Shown here piece after piece: positions 8,446 through 17,375 of a stretch of DNA of 32,000 nt. The DNA lies in NCBI RefSeq assembly GCF_000012545.1, contig NC_007681.1, positions 1,440,001 to 1,472,000 on the forward strand, in the 5' to 3' direction. Position 1 is the stretch's first letter; every line of letters starts with the position of its first letter. The DNA comes from Methanosphaera stadtmanae DSM 3091. Lineage in GTDB: Archaea > Methanobacteriota > Methanobacteria > Methanobacteriales > Methanobacteriaceae. The position numbers were made by a program, and so were the translations under genes. Below the pieces are notes generated by a model. It did not search any database and was not told the origin of the DNA. It saw nothing but the letters and a program-made list of their open reading frames with translations.

Positions 8446-9756
8446 TTAACCTATTATTCTTAGGTTATCTGCTACAATTTTAGGAGTTATACATGACCCT
8501 ATTTGACGAATATCCCCTTCCAATGCCTTAACATCCATCATTATATCAAAAATATTTCCAGAAATCATTACTTTTTTAATTGGATTTTCTATAGAACCCT
8601 TTTTTATTTCGAAAGAATTCAATGCTTCCACAGAAAAATCACCAGTTATTGGATTTGCTGTATGAGCTCCCATAACACTATCCACGATGATTCCATCTGT
8701 AATATCAGATATTGCTAATTTATCATTGAAATCTAGTTTTAGATTTGTAAATCCTACAGTAGGTGTTGATTTATAACCAGCCCTTACTGCATTTGCTGTT
8801 GTTGATAGATCTAATTCATCCTTATTTGCATGATATGTATCATAAATGAAATTTTTAAGAATACCATCTTCTATTAATGTTGTTTTTTCTGTTGGAGTTC
8901 CCTCATCATCTGCTATTGAAGAGCATAATGCTCCAGGAATTGTTCCATCATCTGTTAATGTAAAATTAGATGAAGCTACTTGTTTATTTAATTCATCTTT
9001 AAATTTTGAACGATTTCTTTGTTTATTTTCACTATTTAATGCTGAAAAGAAAGTATTTAATAATGATACTGTTGCTGTATGATCTAAAACTACTGTTGCA
9101 TTTCGTGTTGTTGTTGGTTTTGCATTTCTTGAATCTAAAGCCAATTTTGTTGATTTTTCAGCTATTAATTCTAAATCTATATTTTTATCATGACGAATAT
9201 CATAATAATATGCACTTGATACCACATCATTATCAGCTACATTAACTGAAACTGATGCACCACAGGATGTTGATTCTTCTGATACATCAACCCCATTAGA
9301 ATTTACAAGATTTACTTTGTTAATTCCAACACCACAACCTCCTGCAGTAGGATTACATTTTTTTTCCTTTACAAGATCAATTAATGTTTTTGAATAATCA
9401 ATAAATTCCTGTAAATCAACATTTTCTAATTGTTTATCATATAATCCATCGATTTTTGTGTATTTTTTATTACTGTCAATTATACTTATGTTTTCATCAA
9501 TTTGATTCAATTTAGAATTATTAATTGCTTGTTTTATTGTTTCATCGATTTTATTTAGATTTGTTGTGTATGCAAATCCTTGTCTTTGATTTTTAATTAT
9601 TCTTATACCAATCCCAAGAACATTTTCTTCCTTTGCATGATTTACTTTATCATTTAGAATATCAACATCCACAGATTCATTTCTCTCCATGTATATTTCT
9701 GCATGATCTACTTGCTTATTCACTTTATCCAATATTGTGTCAAGTAATTGATTCAT
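8446..9756 (-). CDS. pmbA: PmbA/TldE (TldD/PmbA, peptidase U62) family metalloprotease component
   Basis: 436-aa ORF. The N-terminal pattern is HAEIYMERNESVDVDI...GIGIRII..QRQGFAYT. The C-terminal pattern ANPITGDFSVEALNSFEIKKGSIENPIKKVMISGNIFD is typical of the family. An SD-like GAGTGAT lies 4 nt before the ATG. Confidence 0.85.
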   Translation of the reverse strand: MNQLLDTILDKVNKQVDHAEIYMERNESVDVDILNDKVNHAKEENVLGIGIRIIKNQRQGFAYTTNLNKIDETIKQAINNSKLNQIDENISIIDSNKKYTKIDGLYDKQLENVDLQEFIDYSKTLIDLVKEKKCNPTAGGCGVGINKVNLVNSNGVDVSEESTSCGASVSVNVADNDVVSSAYYYDIRHDKNIDLELIAEKSTKLALDSRNAKPTTTRNATVVLDHTATVSLLNTFFSALNSENKQRNRSKFKDELNKQVASSNFTLTDDGTIPGALCSSIADDEGTPTEKTTLIEDGILKNFIYDTYHANKDELDLSTTANAVRAGYKSTPTVGFTNLKLDFNDKLAISDITDGIIVDSVMGAHTANPITGDFSVEALNSFEIKKGSIENPIKKVMISGNIFDIMMDVKALEGDIRQIGSCITPKIVADNLRIIG

Positions 9757-9769
9757 TATATCACTCTAT

Positions 9770-10828
9770 TTAATCATCCATTTTTGAGTATCTATATGCT
9801 ATATTACAAGTACCTTCTTTACTTACCATACATGCACCTATTGGATGAAGTGGATTACATTCTCCACGGAATAATTTACAATCCTCTGGTCTTGCCATAC
9901 CTCTTAGTATTGGTCCACAGATACATCCTTGTGGAACATTTTCAGAATCTGGAAGTTCCATATCATATTTTACTCTAGCATTATGATCATCAAATTCCTT
10001 TTTAAGATCATATATGGAATTTGGTATTTCAGGGAAACCTCTCCATTCAGCAGTTGTTACTCTAAATACTTCATCCATAGCTTTTTGAGCTTTTATATTA
10101 CCTTCTTCTCTTACAGCTCGTTTATATTCATTTTGTATTCTAGGATTATCTTCTTTTTTCTGTTTTAATATAAGGTATATTGAATACAAGATATCTAATG
10201 GATTAAATCCTGCTACTGCTTGTGGAATTCCATAATCTTCTGATAAAAATTCAAATGGTTTTGTTCCAATTATTGTACATACATGACCTGGTTCTATTAA
10301 ACCATCTAATTCAACTTCATCATGAACTAAGAAATCTAAAGCAGGAGGTATTAATCTATGACTTGAAAGTACTGAAAAATTTTCAGGAGGATTATTTAAT
10401 AATTCATTGGCTGTTGTTGGTGCTGTTGTTTCAAATCCTGCTGCCATGAATACAACATCATTATCAATTTCTTTTGCTAATTCTACTGCATTGCCAATAC
10501 CATATACTATTCTTACATCTGCACCTTCTGCTTTAGCATCGGCTAATGACTTTTCTGTACCTGGTACGCGTAACATATCCCCAAATATTGTAACTGTTAC
10601 TCCTTGTTCTGCTAATGCCACACATTCATCTATTTCATGTGAAGGTACCACACATACTGGACATCCAGGACCTGCAACAATTTGAACTTCAGAAGGTAAC
10701 ATCGAACGTATACCATTGTACATAATTGTATGTTCATGTGAACCACATACATGCATAATTTTAATAGGCTGTTTTATTTCATTTATTTTTTTAATTATAT
10801 CTTTAGTTAAATTCTTCATATTATTCAA
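9770..10828 (-). CDS. hypD: [NiFe]-hydrogenase maturation protein HypD
   Basis: HypD motifs are present: MHVCGSHEHT, GPGCPVCV, AAGFETTAP, EPGHVC, plus the C-terminal Cys cluster. The start is ambiguous. The track uses TTG 10828, and an ATG at 10819 is the alternative. GGAG (10835-10832) is 3 nt from the TTG and 12 nt from the ATG. Confidence 0.92.
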   Translation of the reverse strand: MNNMKNLTKDIIKKINEIKQPIKIMHVCGSHEHTIMYNGIRSMLPSEVQIVAGPGCPVCVVPSHEIDECVALAEQGVTVTIFGDMLRVPGTEKSLADAKAEGADVRIVYGIGNAVELAKEIDNDVVFMAAGFETTAPTTANELLNNPPENFSVLSSHRLIPPALDFLVHDEVELDGLIEPGHVCTIIGTKPFEFLSEDYGIPQAVAGFNPLDILYSIYLILKQKKEDNPRIQNEYKRAVREEGNIKAQKAMDEVFRVTTAEWRGFPEIPNSIYDLKKEFDDHNARVKYDMELPDSENVPQGCICGPILRGMARPEDCKLFRGECNPLHPIGACMVSKEGTCNIAYRYSKMDD

Positions 10829-11054
10829 AAACTCCTTATAAACCCGTTGAAATTAAAAAAAATATATTTTTTATTGAAATTGTTATAAACTAAGTAAAAT
10901 TATTTTTTTATCTATCAATGAATAATATTATTAAAATTAAAATATTTATATATTATATAAGAATAATCAAGATTAGATAAAAACTATATAATTCAATTTA
11001 ATAGAGATAATACAAAACATATGTGAAGAATTATATAAAAGGAGAGTTTTTATA

Positions 11055-12293
11055 ATGAAAGTGAGTGTTGTAGGATTAGGTGTTGAGGGACAAAAAGCCA
11101 CCATTTCTTTATTAAAACGAGGATATGATGTATATTCATCAGATATTAATAGGAACATAAATTTAAGTCTTTTAGAAAAAGAACCCTTAAATACTCAGAA
11201 GTTAGATTTAGAAATTGGAAGTCATAATCTAGATAAAATATATAAATCAGACCTTGTCTCAGTAAGTCCAAGTTTATTTAAAAAAGAGATTTGTAAAAAT
11301 ATAATAGAAAGGGAAATCTTTATTTCAGACATACTAACCAAACATAAACAAATTAAAACAATTGCAGTAACTGGAACTAATGGAAAAACAACAACCACAC
11401 ATATGATTTATCATATCTTAAAAAATGAAGGATATAAAGTGGCTATTGGTGGTAATGGTGGTGGTGGTTTTTCAGGATACAATGAATTACTACTTGATAC
11501 TAATGAAAATGAATATGATTATATGATTATAGAAGTATGTGATATGACACTTGACTTTTGTAACTATGTGTTTGATATTGACATGGTAGTTGTAACTAAT
11601 ATTGGTTATGATCATATGGATGTTCATAAATCTATAGAACATTATACAGAAGAAGTTGGTTGTTTTATAGAAAATAAAGTAGCTATTCTAAATTATAATG
11701 ATAAAAACCTTCAAAAAATTAAAAATGAAAGTAGGGAAACATACTTCTTTAATACATACAAACATGAACTAAATTTATTTGGTAAATTTAATCTACAAAA
11801 TGCAGAAGCAGCACGCATAACATGTAATAAGTTAGGTGTATTAGATGAAAATATTATAAATTCCTTAAAAACATTTGAATCTGTTGAAGGTCGAACTATA
11901 AAAATCAACTATAATGATAATGAAATAGTTTCTGGAAAAACTGATAATGTAGATGCCCTAAAAGCTGTTCTTGAAGAAGAAAGATTTGATATTCTAATTA
12001 TTGGTACACCACGTAAATATGAAACTTGTAGATATAATATTCTAGATTACATTAACAATTATAAACCTGATACTCTTATTATTTTCCCTGGACTTGAAGA
12101 CATAACATATGATTATGTACAATACTTGAATAATATTGGTTATACTAAGGATATGATTGTACTTAAAAATATAGATGATATTCTAAACTTTATTAATACT
12201 AAAAAAGGATATAAAATATTCGTTGGTGGAAATGGACAGGAAAAAATAACTCAAATAACAAACATTCTAAAAGAAGAAAAAACATTCCATTAA
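11055..12293 (+). CDS. MurD-like Mur-ligase-family ATP-dependent ligase (pseudomurein peptide ligase or CfbE-type; not resolved)
   Basis: The N-terminal VVGLGVEGQKATISLLKRGYDV is a MurD-type Rossmann-like domain. The P-loop is AVTGTNGKTTTT. The central-to-C-terminal junction FESVEGR...GKTDNVDAL parallels MurD HR...DSKATN. The SD GGAGAG lies upstream of the ATG. Confidence 0.75.
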   Translation: MKVSVVGLGVEGQKATISLLKRGYDVYSSDINRNINLSLLEKEPLNTQKLDLEIGSHNLDKIYKSDLVSVSPSLFKKEICKNIIEREIFISDILTKHKQIKTIAVTGTNGKTTTTHMIYHILKNEGYKVAIGGNGGGGFSGYNELLLDTNENEYDYMIIEVCDMTLDFCNYVFDIDMVVVTNIGYDHMDVHKSIEHYTEEVGCFIENKVAILNYNDKNLQKIKNESRETYFFNTYKHELNLFGKFNLQNAEAARITCNKLGVLDENIINSLKTFESVEGRTIKINYNDNEIVSGKTDNVDALKAVLEEERFDILIIGTPRKYETCRYNILDYINNYKPDTLIIFPGLEDITYDYVQYLNNIGYTKDMIVLKNIDDILNFINTKKGYKIFVGGNGQEKITQITNILKEEKTFH

Positions 12294-12374
12294 ATATTTT
12301 TTTTATAGATTCTTTTTTATAGATAAAACCTTATTTAATTTCAAGTATAAGTAACTAAATTCAAAAGTGATATT

Positions 12375-13115
12375 ATGAGTATACAAATAAAAGCACTACC
12401 TCAACCCTTGAGTAAAATAATTGATTCAGCTAGTAATATATATGAATTGGGTGATGAATACTATACTGATGATGTTAATTTTAAAATCAGGACAAACATA
12501 CCAAGTGTTGTAGATTTAGAAGATATACTTAAAAATCCCAATAATCTATTTGGATTTAAAACAAAAGAAAGTCTACTTAAGTTCAGTAGACAAGGTGAGA
12601 TGTTATTTTATATTGTAGATTCACATGTTGAAATTCTGTTTATGGGAAATTTCCCTAAAAATCAAGCCATTAATTTTGTAACAAGTATTTGTGAAGAATA
12701 TGATCAAAATTCAGGGAATTCTATTTTTAATGTTAATTTAAAAGAAATTACAGATGAAAATCATCCAAAATTTAGGATACGGACAGATATGAAAAACATT
12801 GACATAATAGAATCAATAATGAAAGAAAATTTTTTAGGTTTTCATTCACAAGAGGAATTAAATGAATTTAAAGAAAGGGGAAAAATATCTCTAAATAAAT
12901 TAGAAGATAATACATATGAATTAGTATTTTTTGGAAATTATCAAAAAGATGAAGTTAGTAATTATGTTAAAAATCTTAATGATGCTTATAAATCCAAAAT
13001 TCAAGAAATGACATATGTTAAATTAATAGAAAAGATTAAAAAGAACAATTATAAGTTAGAAAAAGAAATTATAGACAATGAAAATTCAATAATATTAACA
13101 TTAAATATAGATTAA
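12375..13115 (+). CDS. Hypothetical protein built from two tandem copies of a ~76-aa unknown domain
   Basis: 246-aa ORF with an SD-like AGTGAT 4 nt upstream. Residues 35-111 and 132-207 align to each other (see findings). I recognise no family signature. Confidence 0.6.
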   Translation: MSIQIKALPQPLSKIIDSASNIYELGDEYYTDDVNFKIRTNIPSVVDLEDILKNPNNLFGFKTKESLLKFSRQGEMLFYIVDSHVEILFMGNFPKNQAINFVTSICEEYDQNSGNSIFNVNLKEITDENHPKFRIRTDMKNIDIIESIMKENFLGFHSQEELNEFKERGKISLNKLEDNTYELVFFGNYQKDEVSNYVKNLNDAYKSKIQEMTYVKLIEKIKKNNYKLEKEIIDNENSIILTLNID

Positions 13116-13411
13116 TAAAAATCAACACCATAAACTCCTTCTTTTAGACGAAAAAACATACTATATGAATTTAATTTAAAAAAAATTATTTTTATTAAGA
13201 AATATTTATTTATGTAATCATTTAAAACAATACTCAAATTAGTATTTATCTAATGTGTCTTTTTAGAATAAGTTAAGTAATTTAACTAACATACATATAT
13301 TATATAAAAAAAATAAAAAATTATAATTAAATTATAAAAATATAAAATAATATTTTTTTATATTATACCATCATCTTTTTCATAAAAATAAAAGGGAGGG
13401 CTGATTACATC

Positions 13412-14659
13412 ATGAAAAAGCTAAGTAATCCATATGTATTTATAGGAGTATTACTTCTTACAGTGATTGTTTCTGGTTTAATGTGTAATATTACTACTGC
13501 TAATACTAATAATACTAACAGTATTATGGTTGCTAATGGGTCAACTGTTGTATCGGGAGATCTTCTGATAGATACACAGAATATGAAGAAAGTACCCTTA
13601 TTTGCTGAACCTGGAAACATTTTAAGACCAATAAAAAATAGGGATTTTTCCACTGCATATATGTCCTTAATTACTGGTGCTGCACCAAAGGATGTTATTA
13701 AAAATAATTCATACATTACTGCTAATGGACGTATATCAAGTAAATTAGATGGTCCTGCTAAAGTAAATATTGATGAAAATGGTAAAGTATCATTAAATGC
13801 TCCAAAATCTATGATATGGGGATATAAATTACCATACACTGTTGCTGTTAAAAATGGAGATAGTATTAATTTAGTACAAAATAATAAAACTATAAAAACA
13901 TTAAAAGAAAGTGAAATTAACAACGACACAGTACCTACTGATTTTGTTAGTGCAAATTCTCTTAAAACATGGTTTGAAACTGCAAACGATGGAAATAATG
14001 TAACTGTTGATTATTATCTTGGTAACTTCAATGATAATAGAACAGGAGTTTATGGTGAAAAAAATATATCACACCTATTTGGTAATGATACATACACTTA
14101 TATGAGAAATTATACAGCATATGCACCAGTACTTGTTTATGAGCATAATGCTACTGAAAATGAAATAAGTAATGCTACAAGTACTGTTCGAGATCTTGCA
14201 GGATATCCTACACAGGTTCGTGCAGCAAATGCTAAAGAATTTGCTAATGGATGGAATAATACCATAGTTCCACCACACTCAACAGCTCATGGAAAAGAAA
14301 ATGTTTCATTCACACCTATAGTAGAAAGTGAAGCTACTTCTGGAAGTGCTACTCATGGAGTATGTCCAGCAGGAATATCATTAAGAGATGCTATTGTTGC
14401 ATTAGGTAACCCATTACCTGTTGGAATGTCTGCAGGAGATGAAGCTATATTATATGAATATAGACCTACAATTGATGTAGCTATTTCAAATAATAGAGAT
14501 TATCCAATAAAAGTTGTTATGTGGAGTGAAGGAGATGGAGGTAGTACTCAAATATTTACCAAAATCTATGAACTTAAAGATAATGCAACCTATACTGACA
14601 CAAATTCCACATCTAACAGTACTTCTGATACTGACAGCACAAATGAAAGTAGTGTTTAA
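13412..14659 (+). CDS. Secreted or N-terminally anchored protein, Asn/Thr-rich, with a VanW-like C-terminal region
   Basis: The SD GGGAGGG lies upstream. The N-terminus MKK + YVFIGVLLLTVIVSGLM is signal-peptide or anchor-like. I count 19 N-X-S/T sequons in 415 aa. The C-terminal HGVC...GDEAIL...DVAISNNRDYPIKVV resembles the VanW domain consensus as I recall it. Confidence 0.65.
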   Translation: MKKLSNPYVFIGVLLLTVIVSGLMCNITTANTNNTNSIMVANGSTVVSGDLLIDTQNMKKVPLFAEPGNILRPIKNRDFSTAYMSLITGAAPKDVIKNNSYITANGRISSKLDGPAKVNIDENGKVSLNAPKSMIWGYKLPYTVAVKNGDSINLVQNNKTIKTLKESEINNDTVPTDFVSANSLKTWFETANDGNNVTVDYYLGNFNDNRTGVYGEKNISHLFGNDTYTYMRNYTAYAPVLVYEHNATENEISNATSTVRDLAGYPTQVRAANAKEFANGWNNTIVPPHSTAHGKENVSFTPIVESEATSGSATHGVCPAGISLRDAIVALGNPLPVGMSAGDEAILYEYRPTIDVAISNNRDYPIKVVMWSEGDGGSTQIFTKIYELKDNATYTDTNSTSNSTSDTDSTNESSV

Positions 14660-14759
14660 TAAACATTACCTTCTTTTTTTTTACTCATTTTTTATTTAAA
14701 AACTATTTTTAAAATAATATTAATTACTTCATAACAATCTAATATTAAAGGATGATTAT

Positions 14760-15422
14760 ATGGATGCTATAATTACTGCAGCTGGTAGAAATTCCAGAAT
14801 GATTGCTGATTTTAGAAAAAAAAATAAAAAACCTATTCATAAATTAAAATTAGAAATAAATAATAAACCAATACTTATACATACCATTGAAAAAACATTG
14901 AATTCAGAAGTTAACCAAGTTATAATTGCATTAGGGCATTATAAAGAGGAAATATATGAACTTCTTAAAGAATATAATCTAAATAAAATTGTGAAAATAA
15001 AGGTTAACAGTAATGTTGATGTTGGATTATCTAAAACTATTTTAAATTGTTTAGAAGATAATTTAGATGAAAATTACATTTATCTTGCAGGAGATCAGCC
15101 AACAATAACAACAAATACCATTAATAATTTAATAAATACATTAGAAAATAGTCCCAATCCCAAAAATACCATTAGTATTTTAGCAAGGAGAGACATTGGA
15201 AAATTAGATTCAGCTGAAGGTTTAGGTATGCCCTTTGCATGTTATGGTAGATTGTTGTATAATTATATTAAAAATGAGAATCAGAACTTAAATCCTATTT
15301 TACGTAGAATGATACGGGATAATGTTGAATTTTATGGAATAAAAAAAGAGAATGATCTTGAATTGAAAAATATTAATCATTATAATGATTATTTATTTGT
15401 TAAAAATAAAATAGAAAAATGA
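14760..15422 (+). CDS. MobA/MocA-like nucleotidyltransferase (NTP_transf_3 type)
   Basis: The N-terminus AIITAAGRNSRM is a nucleotide-binding loop. GLSKTILNCL and the LAGDQPTIT motif parallel G-x-S-x-L and l-x-D-x-P-x-i of MobA-like enzymes. The SD AGGATGA lies upstream. Confidence 0.7.
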   Translation: MDAIITAAGRNSRMIADFRKKNKKPIHKLKLEINNKPILIHTIEKTLNSEVNQVIIALGHYKEEIYELLKEYNLNKIVKIKVNSNVDVGLSKTILNCLEDNLDENYIYLAGDQPTITTNTINNLINTLENSPNPKNTISILARRDIGKLDSAEGLGMPFACYGRLLYNYIKNENQNLNPILRRMIRDNVEFYGIKKENDLELKNINHYNDYLFVKNKIEK

Positions 15423-15424
15423 AT

Positions 15425-16024
15425 TTAAATATAATTCATAATTTCTTCTGCATCTTCAACTGTTAATGCTATTACTACTTCATCAGGTTTAAAACCTGTA
15501 GATGATCTTGAACCTTTACATCCTAAACTCATATTTGGTTTTTTATTTTGATATGGTATTACTACTGCTTCTGAACATAAAGCTTGTGTTGCAGCAAAAT
15601 CTGCTTCAAATCTTTTTCCCGTAGCTTGTCTATATATCGTTGTAAAATCAAATGCTTGCATTACTGTAGTATATAATATTATTACATCCACATCAAAATT
15701 AGCCTTTTGTAGTGGTGCATATGCTATTGCTTTCATTGGTGTTTCTATACTTGCTACTTTTACTTTATTATCACTTAATCCTAGTACACTAGCACCTACT
15801 AAACATTCTTGTTCATCTAATGTTGCATAGAAGGAAGAACCTTCACTTGCTGCTTCATATACCATTTGACAATGTCTTGCCTTATCTTCATGTTTTGGTA
15901 GTATTTTATCTACTTCATCTATTGATTCAAATAATTTTATTGCTACAGGATTTTTATCTAATTTTAGTAATATTTTTAATTTTTCTCCAATTTCCTTATA
16001 TTCTTTATTTTTATCTTGTGACAT
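15425..16024 (-). CDS. DUF169 (COG2043) family protein
   Basis: 199-aa ORF. The N-terminal ...LKLDKNPVAIKLF and the central HCQMVYEAASEGSSFYATLDEQECLVGASVLGL match my recollection of the DUF169 pattern. Confidence 0.6.
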   Translation of the reverse strand: MSQDKNKEYKEIGEKLKILLKLDKNPVAIKLFESIDEVDKILPKHEDKARHCQMVYEAASEGSSFYATLDEQECLVGASVLGLSDNKVKVASIETPMKAIAYAPLQKANFDVDVIILYTTVMQAFDFTTIYRQATGKRFEADFAATQALCSEAVVIPYQNKKPNMSLGCKGSRSSTGFKPDEVVIALTVEDAEEIMNYI

Positions 16025-16320
16025 TGACTACACACCTATTATTATATTATTCAAATATTACATGTATTGTACTTGAATCCTAAATAAATACTTAATTCAA
16101 GAAAAATTCTATTATTACATGATGGTCTTTGAATTATTTTTCTTTATTTAATATACTATTTTTTATTATATAAATTATTTTTATTAATAAATAAAAAAAA
16201 TAACAGCGTTAATATATTAAAATTATAAAATAAGCATTGTAAAACCAAGAATATTTTAACTAAAGAAACAAAACAACTTTAAAATATAGTTAAAAAAAAT
16301 AAAAGTAAAATGAAACATGT

Positions 16321-17052
16321 CTAATGTATCACATCTGTTAATTCCTTAATCTTTTTGTAGGTATCATCAGTTTCCTCAACAACAGTACCTGTAATTATTA
16401 TATCAGCACCTGCTTCTTTTACTTCAAGAGCATCTTGTGCTGTTTTAATTCCTCCACCTACAATAACCATTAAATTGGTTAATTTTTTTACTTTCATAAT
16501 AAAATCTACAGGTATATGACTATCTGCTCCAGAACCAGCCTCTAGATAGATAACTCTCATTCCTAAAAATTCAGCTGCAAGTGCATATGCTACTGCTAAA
16601 TCAGATTTTTTACGTGGAATAGGTTTTGAATCACCAACCCATCCAACTGTACCTCCAGGTTCTATTATTAAATAGCCCATAGGTATTGTTTCTATACCCA
16701 TTTTTTTAATTGAAGGAGCAGATAAAGCTTGAGCTCCTGTAATCCAATAAGGATTTGTAGAATTTAATAAACTCATAAATAATAAAGCATCAGCATATTT
16801 ACTAACACCACTTATATTTCCAGGGAATAATATAACTGGTAAATCCACTTCTTCTTTAATAGATTTAACTGTAATATTTAAATCTTCCTGATCAGTTATT
16901 GATCCACCAACAAGTATTGCATCACTTCGTGCTTTTTTTGCCTGTTTTGCTATTTCAACTGCTTCTTGAGGTGTTTGTTCATCAGGATCAATCAAAGTGA
17001 AATGTAATTTATGTTCTTTTAATGTTTCATTTAGATAATTCTCAATATTCAT
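16321..17052 (-). CDS. Geranylgeranylglyceryl phosphate synthase (GGGPS, PcrB family)
   Basis: 243-aa TIM-barrel-type ORF. HFTLIDPDEQTP...SDAILVGGS at the N-terminus and VIVGGGIKT...GADIIITGT at the C-terminus are typical of archaeal GGGPS. Confidence 0.9.
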   Translation of the reverse strand: MNIENYLNETLKEHKLHFTLIDPDEQTPQEAVEIAKQAKKARSDAILVGGSITDQEDLNITVKSIKEEVDLPVILFPGNISGVSKYADALLFMSLLNSTNPYWITGAQALSAPSIKKMGIETIPMGYLIIEPGGTVGWVGDSKPIPRKKSDLAVAYALAAEFLGMRVIYLEAGSGADSHIPVDFIMKVKKLTNLMVIVGGGIKTAQDALEVKEAGADIIITGTVVEETDDTYKKIKELTDVIH

Positions 17053-17183
17053 AATTATTTACCTACTGAAAAAATCATTATACAAAATATTTTCTTAATA
17101 TATGTAATTAATATATCCATACTATAATTTAGTATTTTACTATAAAAAGTGATTATGAAAAAAATAAGTTTTAATTTTAATAA

Positions 17184-17221
17184 TAAAAAATAAAAAAGAA
17201 ATAAAGTACTATATTAGTACT
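17184..17221 (-). terminator. Hairpin plus oligo-T terminator downstream of rpl40e
   Basis: On the minus strand, AGTACTA-ATA-TAGTACT (17221-17205, 7-bp stem) is followed by TTATTTCTTTTTTATTTTTT. Oligo-T tracts are the established archaeal termination signal. Confidence 0.5.
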
Positions 17222-17227
17222 ATCTGT

Positions 17228-17374
17228 TTATCCTCTTGGTTCTTTTGCTTTAAATCTTAAACCTGTGTATCCACATTTCCTACAGGACTTTGCAGTAGCA
17301 GGATTTCTTGCGTTACATTTTAAACAAATTTTAATGTTAAACATTCTATTTTCAGCTTCTTCAAATTTTGCCAT
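17228..17374 (-). CDS. rpl40e: 50S ribosomal protein L40e
   Basis: Not in the ORF track (48 codons). My own translation is [48 protein letters not shown], which has a CxxC...CxxC zinc ribbon and the typical ...KEPRG end. The SD GGAGGA lies in the last codons of tsr3, and only 1 nt separates the tsr3 stop from this ATG. Confidence 0.9.
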   Translation of the reverse strand: MAKFEEAENRMFNIKICLKCNARNPATAKSCRKCGYTGLRFKAKEPRG

Positions 17375-17375
17375 G

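Noticed and set aside
13405-13929. 174-aa minus-strand ORF overlapping the 5' half of the secreted-protein gene
   Set aside because: It lies entirely antisense to an ORF with an SD, a signal peptide and coherent domain structure. Its product is low-complexity (L/F/I/S-rich) and has no SD. Such shadow ORFs are expected in AT-rich DNA with few stop codons on the complementary frame.
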